A stretch of 64,000 nt of DNA from an uncultured virus (IMG/VR IMGVR_UViG_3300027747_004323) (lineage: Duplodnaviria > Heunggongvirae > Uroviricota > Caudoviricetes). The notes beneath the pieces are model-generated. The model worked only from the letters and a program-made list of their open reading frames with translations, searched no databases and had not been told where the DNA came from. The stretch lies in IMG/VR virus record IMGVR_UViG_3300027747_004323, one strand, 5' to 3'. A program made the position numbers and the translations under genes. Below are positions 18,843 through 27,330 of the stretch, in pieces (the stretch's first letter is position 1; each line of letters begins with the position of its first letter).

Positions 18843-21800
18843 TCATGTAACACTGCGTGCGATGAGGCCGTGGCCGCCAGCAGACGAGAGAGATGCAGGG
18901 GTCGGCTTGTTTTCGCCATTGCCATTGCCGAGTGCAAAGTTGATTCTATCACGTATGATGGAGTTGGAACGATATACGATTGCCCTTTCGACCTTGTCAG
19001 CGTCCATCGTCACAGTGAAGGAGACGTTGATGACGACTTCCTTGCTCTGCACCGTGTAGACGCCGCTGCTTCCCAGACCCAGCTTGCCTGCGGCCTCACC
19101 CATCCTCGCTGAGAGGTTTATCTTGGGAAGCTTGGTGAGAGAATCGTCGATCTTCTGGATGAGACTGACCATCGCCTCGAAGTCTTTGATCGACTTCTGC
19201 GCAGCTGCGATGGGGAGGTTCGAGAAATCCTTGCTCGTGATCGCTTCCATGATGGGTCGAATGTGTTCGGGAAGGACCTTGATCTGATAGGCTATTCCTG
19301 CTGCCTCTTCGTTGAGAGCCCAGATCTTTCCCGTGAGTCCCTTCGATTTTTCTGCCTGCTCGCCCAGGGAGTTCATTGATGTGAGAAGAGAGGTGAGCCG
19401 CGTCGCGACGTCGAGGGTCTTCTTTCCCGTGTCTGCCGTGAGAGTCTTTCCGATCTCGTTCAGGTTGACGATTATCTCTTGGAGCGGGTTCTTGCCGTAG
19501 TCTGAGACGAGGCGCCCGAGGAACGTCTTGATGTTGCCCACTGAACCGAGGATCGCGTCGACCGGAGCAGGACCTCCTGACGTGGCCGCACCGGACAGCT
19601 TGCTGGAGAGTTCGGGAATCTTGCCGAGGAACTCGAATAGTTTCAGACCGACGTCGAGCGTCTCCTTGAACTTCGCGTCGGTCGGTACTGACTTCACGAC
19701 GTCGATCATCGCCTTCACGAGAGGCCCTGCCTCTTGCTTGATGCCGTTGACGAGCTGCATGATCGAAGGAACGGCGGCAGTGATCGCGCTGACGGTCGCG
19801 GGATTGATGTCGCCTTCCGGCTTCTTACCGCCCACGGCGTGTGAGATCGCAGTCACGAGGTCGGTGATCATCTTGATGATCTTCGTGGCCATCTCGATGG
19901 AGGCAGGCGACGCTTCAGTCGCACCTCCAGAGGGAGGCGGCGTTGCAGCCTGCTGTGCGACGGCGTTCGGTGCAGCAGCTGACTGAGGAGCGAGAGAGTT
20001 CATCTGCTTGCTCATGTCCTTCGCCTCGACGACTGTCTTGTCGAACGCCTTGCCTGCGTTCTTCGGGATCTGAGACATCGACTTGTCCATACCCTCGGTG
20101 ATGTTGTCTCCTATCTCCTCGAACACCTTGGAGGGCGAAGCAATCTTGAAGATCTTCTTGGCGACAGTGATGAGGTCCTTGAACGGGCCTACGTCTGCGA
20201 GCTTGCCGAGGGATTCTTTGATGGAGTCGATGAGATTGACGAAGACGCTCTTGACGTTTTCCCAATTGAAGATCTTCCTGATCTCGGCTATCACGTCAGT
20301 GAAGGGCTTCGTGAGCTTGCCCAAGACCTCGGCGCCCCAGGCGACGAACTTGCCGGGAAGCTCTGAGAACACGGTCCAGACGTATTCTCCTGCAGCCTTG
20401 AGTCGGTCCATCGCCGTGGTCCCTGGTGCTGTCAAGATCTTGACGAGGTCTTCACCGATCTTCTTTATGTTCTTGACGAGGCCGGTGATCGTGCTCCAGA
20501 CCACATCGACCTGTGCTTCGATCATCCTGAAGGGCGTGAGAACGATGTTGGTGAGAGTGTCCCAATTAGACTTGATGAATTCGATGACTTTCGAAACGAT
20601 GTCCTTGAGGAAATTGAAGGGGGCGACGATCAATGCGAGCACTGCACTGCCCCAATACTTGATGAAGTCCACGACAGGCGATATCACCTTGTTCATCAAG
20701 AAGTCGAACGCCACCTTCGCAGCCTTCCACATCATCCTGTAGGGGAACGTGAGGACGTCAAGGATCGTCGGGCCCCACTCCATCAGCTTGTTGACGACCG
20801 GGTTTATCACGCTGTCCATCAGGAAATCGAACGCTGCCTTTACAGCCTTCCACATCATCCTGTAAGGCCAGGTTAGGAAGTCGAGGACCTTAGGTCCCCA
20901 TTCCACCACCTTGTCGAACAGAGGCTTGATGGCGACGTCCCACACGGCTTCGATCACAGTCTTCACGAAAGCATAAGCTAGTCTGTAGGGAAGCGTGAGC
21001 CACTCGAAGAGCTGCTTTCCCCACTCCATGATCTTCGTGCCGAGGGCCGATATTGCGTCCCAGGCAGGCTTCACGAAATCGATGACTGCGTCGAACACCT
21101 TCTTGATCTTGTCGCCGAGGCCCTTGAAGGAATCGGCGAGCGGTGCTGTCGCCTCGTTCGCAGACTGCAGCCCGAAGAAGATCTTGATCTTCCTTATCGC
21201 ACCCTCGAAAGGAGCGAGGATGGCTGGGAGAATCTTGCTGAAGACCTCCCCTGCGGAGTCGACGATGCTGTTGAACAGCGTCTTGAAACCCTCAGCACTG
21301 AAGTTCTTCTTGATCCAGGCCCATGCATTGCTGGGTCCTTCGATGAAGACCTTCTCGACGAGCTTCACGATCTTGTCAGCACTCTCATTGAATGCCTTCT
21401 CCAGCTCGACGATCTTGTCCTTCATGTTCTCCATGAAGGATTTCTCGGAGTTCCACGAGAAGATGATGTTGAAGAACTTACGAAGCATCTTGTAAGGCTC
21501 CTCGATGATTGCGACGAGGTCCTTGAACCATCCGATGATGCTACTGAAGAATCCTCCTCCCTCTTTCGATCCGGAGGTGAAGAAAGTCGTCATCGCGGTC
21601 CAGGCCTTCTTGAAGAACTCGGCGATGTCGATCTTCTTGAGGATGTCCTGAAGCCATCCAAACATGTCGGCGATCTTGTTCTGTATGTCACCAAGTTTGT
21701 GGAACAAATCTGCCATGAGACCAAACAGGGGTCCAATGATAGGAATATTCTCAAGGGCTTGGAATAGGTCTCCGACCTTATTGAACAACCAGCCTGTCAT

Positions 21801-24614
21801 CTTGTAGAAGCCTTGAAACATATAGACGCCAAGCTGGACGATCAACTTTGGAACCTCGATCTCTAGAAATTCCCAGCCCCAAATGATGGCCTTGAGAATG
21901 CCTTCCCCGATGTCCTTGAGGGCCTTTTCGGTCTTCGCAGAGTCTCCGTTCCAGAGACCAGAAATGAGGTTTCCTAATCCACCGAAGATCTGGAAGTAAG
22001 CAGCGAGGCGCTCCTTCATGCTCTTCGCTAGTCCAGGGCCGAACCACTTGTCCAACACCTTCGTCAAAGAGTCTGACATCGATGCTATGCCTTCGGCGAT
22101 CTTTCCCTGGAAGCTCTCGGGTATGAGACCGAAGGTGAGCGTGTTGATGAGACCCGTCGTTCCTGCGGCTATCTTTGCCGTCGCAGGATCGAAGCCCTTC
22201 TTCTCGAGGACGCCGGCGTACTTGTCGATTGCTGCTCCGACGTCGACTGCGGCCGTGGCGATGGCAGCGACTAATGCAGCTTTGCCCAAGAGCTTTCCGG
22301 CGGCGCCCTGCATGAACGTGCCGACTGAACTGTACATTCCTTCCAGACCACTCGTCAGCTTCGCCACGAAGGGACCGGATTCCGCCAATGCAACTTCTGA
22401 CCCTCCCGATATGGAGTGCATCAGAGCTTTGCCCAAAGAATTCGTCAAGACGCTAGTGACACCGCCGAGGAGACCCTTCAGAGCGGCCGGGGCCACGACA
22501 AACAACAGTCCGGTCTTCAGTGCCTCCCATCCCCACTTCATGATGTATGGTTTTACGTTCTCCCACAACACCTTGAACATGTCCGAGAGAGCAGGTACCA
22601 ACTTATCCTTGACCTCCATGAAGAGCGCGATGAGCGGTTGTGCCCATGCAGGTGCTCCGCCGCCGAGATTGACTCCTGCCTTCTTCGGGTCCTTTAGGAA
22701 ATCGAAGAGTTTCGGTATGAATGCCGTCACCTTCGGGATGATCTTCACCAATTCGTCTACTATCCAGATTCCCAACTGGGAAATGATGGCGATTACTGCA
22801 GTACCGAATTTCTTGAATCCGTCGAGGAGTTGACCTGCGCCTGCCCCGCCGGCCCCGAGGAACTGATCAAAAATCTTCTTGATCGAGTTCATGAAATCTC
22901 CGATCGCAGCAGGTCCTCCCTTCTTGAGAATGTTGAATGAATTGATGATGCCGCCGAACAGTGCGGAGAATCGTCCTGGATCGAACAGCTTGGTCAGGCC
23001 TCCGAGAATGTCCTTGATGCCCGGGAACACTTCGACGAACATCTTTCCCAGCTTGTAGCCGAATTGGAAAGACAGCATGAGAACCCTGTTGAGGCCCATC
23101 ATCAGCTGACGGAATTCCTTTGTGTTCTGGATTCCTGCCGTGAATCCCTCCATGATGCGGCCCATGATGCTGTTCGAGCCGCCGCCACCACCGCTGGGTA
23201 CGATCCTCTTGATGGAGTCTGCGAGCTCCTTCATCGCGTCGGCCTGCGAGAGGACCTGCTTCTCGTTCTTGTCGGCCTGCTTCGACATCTTGTCGAACGT
23301 CGCACCTGCGTCCTTGTTCGCGATCATCGCGTTGAGGGCCTCGTCGGTCATTCCCGACTGGGCCTTGATGAAGTCGCGGTCCTGTGCGGAGAGGTTCTTC
23401 AGGTCCTTGCCTGCCGCCTTGAAGCCCTTCGCGACGATCGCGAACTTCTCGGCGGGGTTCTGGGCCATCATCACCTCGGTTGCGTCGATGTTGGTGCCGT
23501 ACTGTTCGTTGAGCTTGCCCATTCCCTCGGCGGCCTGATCGAACGTCTTCGTGGCGTCCATCATGCTCGTGAGCTTGTCCACCGAGATGCCCATCTTGTT
23601 CGCGAAGGCAGCAGCGAGGCCCATCTCCTTCGTGGAGAGGTGGCCGAAGTGGGCCAGGTCCTGCATTGCCTTGCCCATGTCCTTCGAGACGACCTTCGCA
23701 TTGACGCCGAAGGCCTTAGACATACCGAGCGCTTGCTTCGTCATCTCGTTCTGGACGTCGGCAATTCCCTTGCCCATCCTCATTGCGTTGGACGCGAGGG
23801 AGCCCATCTGCTCGTCGGTGAGACCCAGGCCGCGCTGATAGCGCATGATCGCCTCACCGTTTTGCTTGATCTCTCCCTGGAAGACCTGGAACGTCGCACC
23901 CATTCCGGCGGCGAGTTTGTTGACCTCCTCGATCCTCTGGGCGAGGTTGCCGAAGACTCTGAAGGCGGACACTCCGCTGCTGTCCAGCTTGCCCATTCCC
24001 TTGGCGACGTCGATGACGGTGGATGCTGACTCAGACTTGAGGGACCCGAACTGCTCTCTCACGTTCTCGTAGGCCTGGGCCAGCTCGCTTCCGCCGCCGC
24101 CCTTGCCCGCCATGTCGAAGAGCTTACCCATCATCTTGAAGGGGATCGCCAGGATGGCTTTACCGACGCTCCAAGCACCCGATGCGATGCTGCCGAAAAA
24201 CCCCAAGACGCTCTTCGTCAAAGCAGCGAAGTTCTTGAAGCCTTGCACCATGCCGTCGAGTGCTGCCGTGGCGATGATGAGACCCGAAGTCAACTTCGAC
24301 TTCATCGCCTTACCGAGAGCCTCTGCCGCCTTCTGTGCGGCAGTCATCTCGGTCTTGTTCTCCTTGACCTTCCTCGTCGCCTTGTCCCAGGTCGCGGCGT
24401 CCATCGCAGCGCAGTCCTGCTTGCACATGGCAGCCATGCTCTTCGTCACAGCCTCCATCGCATCCTTCATCTGAAGGATAATCTTCAGCTGCTGGTCGAA
24501 TGCAGACGTGACTGACGTGGAGGCCTCGCGGGCCGACTTCATCGCCGCGGCGAGTGCTTCCGCCTGTTTCGGGTCTATTCCGGTGCCTCCACCGCCGCCT
24601 TCACCAATAGCCAT
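18843..24614 (-). CDS. Tail tape measure protein
   Basis: 1923 aa, Ala/Gly/Lys-rich helical, Trp/Phe periodicity and ~40-aa repeats (WGP.VLD.LT.PYRMMWKA.K.AFDFLM); downstream of tube and chaperone. Confidence 0.88.
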   Translation of the reverse strand: MAIGEGGGGGTGIDPKQAEALAAAMKSAREASTSVTSAFDQQLKIILQMKDAMEAVTKSMAAMCKQDCAAMDAATWDKATRKVKENKTEMTAAQKAAEALGKAMKSKLTSGLIIATAALDGMVQGFKNFAALTKSVLGFFGSIASGAWSVGKAILAIPFKMMGKLFDMAGKGGGGSELAQAYENVREQFGSLKSESASTVIDVAKGMGKLDSSGVSAFRVFGNLAQRIEEVNKLAAGMGATFQVFQGEIKQNGEAIMRYQRGLGLTDEQMGSLASNAMRMGKGIADVQNEMTKQALGMSKAFGVNAKVVSKDMGKAMQDLAHFGHLSTKEMGLAAAFANKMGISVDKLTSMMDATKTFDQAAEGMGKLNEQYGTNIDATEVMMAQNPAEKFAIVAKGFKAAGKDLKNLSAQDRDFIKAQSGMTDEALNAMIANKDAGATFDKMSKQADKNEKQVLSQADAMKELADSIKRIVPSGGGGGSNSIMGRIMEGFTAGIQNTKEFRQLMMGLNRVLMLSFQFGYKLGKMFVEVFPGIKDILGGLTKLFDPGRFSALFGGIINSFNILKKGGPAAIGDFMNSIKKIFDQFLGAGGAGAGQLLDGFKKFGTAVIAIISQLGIWIVDELVKIIPKVTAFIPKLFDFLKDPKKAGVNLGGGAPAWAQPLIALFMEVKDKLVPALSDMFKVLWENVKPYIMKWGWEALKTGLLFVVAPAALKGLLGGVTSVLTNSLGKALMHSISGGSEVALAESGPFVAKLTSGLEGMYSSVGTFMQGAAGKLLGKAALVAAIATAAVDVGAAIDKYAGVLEKKGFDPATAKIAAGTTGLINTLTFGLIPESFQGKIAEGIASMSDSLTKVLDKWFGPGLAKSMKERLAAYFQIFGGLGNLISGLWNGDSAKTEKALKDIGEGILKAIIWGWEFLEIEVPKLIVQLGVYMFQGFYKMTGWLFNKVGDLFQALENIPIIGPLFGLMADLFHKLGDIQNKIADMFGWLQDILKKIDIAEFFKKAWTAMTTFFTSGSKEGGGFFSSIIGWFKDLVAIIEEPYKMLRKFFNIIFSWNSEKSFMENMKDKIVELEKAFNESADKIVKLVEKVFIEGPSNAWAWIKKNFSAEGFKTLFNSIVDSAGEVFSKILPAILAPFEGAIRKIKIFFGLQSANEATAPLADSFKGLGDKIKKVFDAVIDFVKPAWDAISALGTKIMEWGKQLFEWLTLPYRLAYAFVKTVIEAVWDVAIKPLFDKVVEWGPKVLDFLTWPYRMMWKAVKAAFDFLMDSVINPVVNKLMEWGPTILDVLTFPYRMMWKAAKVAFDFLMNKVISPVVDFIKYWGSAVLALIVAPFNFLKDIVSKVIEFIKSNWDTLTNIVLTPFRMIEAQVDVVWSTITGLVKNIKKIGEDLVKILTAPGTTAMDRLKAAGEYVWTVFSELPGKFVAWGAEVLGKLTKPFTDVIAEIRKIFNWENVKSVFVNLIDSIKESLGKLADVGPFKDLITVAKKIFKIASPSKVFEEIGDNITEGMDKSMSQIPKNAGKAFDKTVVEAKDMSKQMNSLAPQSAAAPNAVAQQAATPPPSGGATEASPASIEMATKIIKMITDLVTAISHAVGGKKPEGDINPATVSAITAAVPSIMQLVNGIKQEAGPLVKAMIDVVKSVPTDAKFKETLDVGLKLFEFLGKIPELSSKLSGAATSGGPAPVDAILGSVGNIKTFLGRLVSDYGKNPLQEIIVNLNEIGKTLTADTGKKTLDVATRLTSLLTSMNSLGEQAEKSKGLTGKIWALNEEAAGIAYQIKVLPEHIRPIMEAITSKDFSNLPIAAAQKSIKDFEAMVSLIQKIDDSLTKLPKINLSARMGEAAGKLGLGSSGVYTVQSKEVVINVSFTVTMDADKVERAIVYRSNSIIRDRINFALGNGNGENKPTPASLSSAGGHGLIARSVT

Positions 24615-24627
24615 GGTTCAACACCGA

Positions 24628-24921
24628 TCAAAGGGGCCAACGAACGCCGAGTACTCTTTCGAACTCGGAAGCAGACATCTGCTTGATCCTCAGCTTCTCC
24701 ATGACGCTTTCGACGGAAGCACCAGGACGATTCAACTCTTCCTGGAACTTCCTCGAAGACATCAGGGCATTTGACACTGCAGTGATCTCGTCGTGACTTC
24801 CCCTTATCTTGGTGTTGACGAGCTTGCCCACAAGCCACGCGCCGAGGGATGCGATGAACATCTTGCCCGTGAGACTGAGGTATGCTCCCTCATTCAGTGT
24901 GTCGTCTTTGCGTGATTCCAT
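24628..24921 (-). CDS. Hypothetical protein
   Basis: Likely start MESRKDDTLNEG; 97 aa between chaperone and tape measure. Confidence 0.6.
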   Translation of the reverse strand: MESRKDDTLNEGAYLSLTGKMFIASLGAWLVGKLVNTKIRGSHDEITAVSNALMSSRKFQEELNRPGASVESVMEKLRIKQMSASEFERVLGVRWPL

Positions 24922-24984
24922 TGCAGTGATCGCTCCTCTTGATGCTGTAAATAAGAGGGAACCGTCAAAAGATGCCAACACTTT

Positions 24985-25197
24985 TCAAGTGAATCTTCGA
25001 AGTCTCGAGGGCGACTGCTCCCTGTTTCGACCCATCAGAGAACGAGTCTCTGGATCGTTCTGGTGAAGGGCCCGACTCTGTGTCTGGCCCGACTCACTCG
25101 TCCTCGTCAACTCCCTGTTGATCCTCTCGATGAACCAGCGCTTGTAGAAGACGGGCATGTGCGTCGTCTCCCTCCATGTGAATCCTCCATAGTACAT
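24985..25197 (-). CDS. Tail assembly chaperone extension / T4 gp51-like segment (possibly expressed by +1 frameshift)
   Basis: YYGGFTWRETTHMPVFYKRWFIERI; frame is open upstream into the end of the chaperone gene. Confidence 0.65.
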   Translation of the reverse strand: MYYGGFTWRETTHMPVFYKRWFIERINRELTRTSESGQTQSRALHQNDPETRSLMGRNREQSPSRLRRFT

Positions 25198-25231
25198 CAG
25201 GAGGAACGCTGGCTCGAGGATGAGTTGTTCT

Positions 25232-26113
25232 CTATCTGCCGGCTGAAGGCCAAAGAAAGGAGACGCCGAGAGGCATGCTCACTTCCTCCGTGTGACCACA
25301 CGCGTTGCACGTGGAGTCCTGCTTCATGATGATGCCGGGCTCGTTGTCCTTCATGTAGTTCCTCAGGGCGAGAGAGTCCCTCGCAGGCATCGCCTTGACG
25401 AAGTTGGCGATCTTGGCCCTGTCTTCGACGCCGTCGATCGACACGATCGAATAGAGGAGGTTCGTCGTGACGTTCGACTCCGTCGAGAGACCCAGCTTCT
25501 TCTGCTTCTGACCCATCTGCATGATCTCTTCCTCGTCGCGACCTGTCATGAACTTGAACTTGACGACCTTCTTGCTGAAAGGAAGGAGGAAGTCGAAGAG
25601 GTTCTGGCCTGGGATCGAGGGATCGATCTCGAGGCGCTTGATGGGAAGCGAGGCGAGGTCGAAGTCGTGGGGCGACTTCACGGAGCACTCAGGGCACTCC
25701 AGCTCCACTGCGTACTCCGGGCCGTAGCCCGTGACGCGGATCGCGACCATCAGAGCGTTCCTGTCGCCGCTCAAGAGGTCGAGGACGTTCATCGAACGGT
25801 CCACGAGGCAGCTCTTGATGAGCTCCGTGATGACAGTGCCCTTCTTGAGGAGGGCCTGGGAGGTGAGGATGTCCTCCTCACGGGCAGTCATCGCCCTGAT
25901 CTCCACGGCATCGACGCCGTAGAAGGAGGACGCCTGCGGATAGACCTTTCCGCTCGAGGGAAGCGGCACAAGCTCGTGAGGAACGTCGAGACCGAAATCT
26001 GCCTTCACCTTGTCTGCCTGCGTGATCTTTGGCATGCGAGGATCGATGCCTGCAGGCACGCCCTGCGTCGGAGTTGCGAAAACTGCGTTCTTCTGTTCTC
26101 TATCGTCGGACAT
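25232..26113 (-). CDS. Baseplate hub/tail assembly chaperone (T4 gp26-like)
   Basis: VPLPSSGKVY, MTAREEDIL, GDRNALMVAIR, CPEC and CNAC pairs, ends GVSFLWP. Confidence 0.8.
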   Translation of the reverse strand: MSDDREQKNAVFATPTQGVPAGIDPRMPKITQADKVKADFGLDVPHELVPLPSSGKVYPQASSFYGVDAVEIRAMTAREEDILTSQALLKKGTVITELIKSCLVDRSMNVLDLLSGDRNALMVAIRVTGYGPEYAVELECPECSVKSPHDFDLASLPIKRLEIDPSIPGQNLFDFLLPFSKKVVKFKFMTGRDEEEIMQMGQKQKKLGLSTESNVTTNLLYSIVSIDGVEDRAKIANFVKAMPARDSLALRNYMKDNEPGIIMKQDSTCNACGHTEEVSMPLGVSFLWPSAGR

Positions 26114-26343
26114 GTTGTTGGTCTTCTCCTGTGTCTACATGATAAACATCTGACACGTCAAGTAAATAGAGAAGCCCCAAAAAGGGTGCCCGTATTTCGA
26201 TGTGTGTAACATCGACAAGATACTTCGGATTATTCTGAGACCGTCTGGCGATGTACCGAATCCGCAGGACCAAAAGTCGAAGGGGTCCGAGGCAACGAGT
26301 GCCAGGGACCCCACCGACGAGAACGCTCGACAGTGTACTTGTA

Positions 26344-26835
26344 TCAGAACTGCAACACGCAGTTGTCGAAGCGGAGGGTCATGGAGATTTCCATCGGACC
26401 GCCGTCTTCGTACGTCACTTCACCGAAGTTAGCCTCGGTGATGAATGCACCCTTGATGTCCCAGAGCTCGACGACCGTACCGACGGGATCAAGCATCTTC
26501 AGCTGGATGTCACGCTTGTAGAAGTCGGCGTAGCCTGCGCGGCCGGAGACCGACTCGAAGTGTGTGCGGACCCACTCCATCACCTGCTGTGCGCCTGAGG
26601 GAGCGATGGGGTCGTGGAGGGTGACCGCGATCGTTCCGAAGCTCGTCTTGCCCGCGAGGTACCTGCGGGAGTTGATGAACGGAACCTCGACCTCTTCGGT
26701 CGTGATCGTGGGGCGAGCTGAGGTCTTGATGATGTAGGCGTCGATGCCCTCGATCATGAGGACCCAGCGGTTCTTGCGCTTCGGCTCAAACTTGGCCGGA
26801 ATCATCGATGTGACGTCAAGTGTCTCTGCGGGCAT
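26344..26835 (-). CDS. Tail tube protein (gp19-like)
   Basis: FEPKRKNRW, LHDPIAPSGAQQVMEW, YKRDIQLKMLDPVGTVVELWDIKGAF; downstream of sheaths. Confidence 0.9.
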   Translation of the reverse strand: MPAETLDVTSMIPAKFEPKRKNRWVLMIEGIDAYIIKTSARPTITTEEVEVPFINSRRYLAGKTSFGTIAVTLHDPIAPSGAQQVMEWVRTHFESVSGRAGYADFYKRDIQLKMLDPVGTVVELWDIKGAFITEANFGEVTYEDGGPMEISMTLRFDNCVLQF

Positions 26836-26906
26836 GTTGTTCTCCTGTTATCCTAGCTGTAAGTATTCGTGTTCTACCAAAATTGCTCTGAAAATCGAGT
26901 GGGACT

Positions 26907-27251
26907 CTACACGGGTCCGTTTGCTTCTTTCCACGCCTCGAGGGCTGTGTCGATCTCGTGGTTCATGCCGCCCAGTCTGTCTTCGATGATCTGTACGGCG
27001 TTGGGATTTACTTCTGCGGCCTCGCCCGAGTCGAGGAGGTCGCGAAGCTGGTCTTGAACTGCTGCTCCGAGGGAGGCATAGCTCTCTGCGAAGTCTAGAA
27101 GCTCGACGGCGTCGAGGTCGTAGAGGCCTCCGTGTCCCGTGTCTCCGTAGGAAGACACAGCCTCGACGAGACGACGGTTCTGTTTCTTGAGAAGCGCAGT
27201 TGCGATCTCATCGTCCACCATTTCTTGAAGCTGTGTCCTTGTGATTCTCAC
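26907..27251 (-). CDS. Hypothetical protein with leader-like N-terminus
   Basis: GTG start after AAAGGA: (M)RITRTQLQEMVDDEI...LVEA. Confidence 0.6.
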   Translation of the reverse strand: MRITRTQLQEMVDDEIATALLKKQNRRLVEAVSSYGDTGHGGLYDLDAVELLDFAESYASLGAAVQDQLRDLLDSGEAAEVNPNAVQIIEDRLGGMNHEIDTALEAWKEANGPV

Positions 27252-27274
27252 GGTTGTTCCTTTTGTCTCTACGA

Positions 27275-27326
27275 ATATTCCCCGCAAATCCCGTCAGTAA
27301 ACCGGTTGGGGATTTGCGGGGAATAT
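27275..27326. repeat. Perfect 18-bp inverted repeat (stem-loop)
   Basis: ATATTCCCCGCAAATCCC (27275-27292) and GGGATTTGCGGGGAATAT (27309-27326), 16-nt loop, just past the sheath stop. Confidence 0.85.
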
Positions 27327-27330
27327 CTCG

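Noticed and set aside
20620..21030. ~120-bp repeats in the tape measure gene
   Set aside because: An ordinary feature of tape measure proteins.
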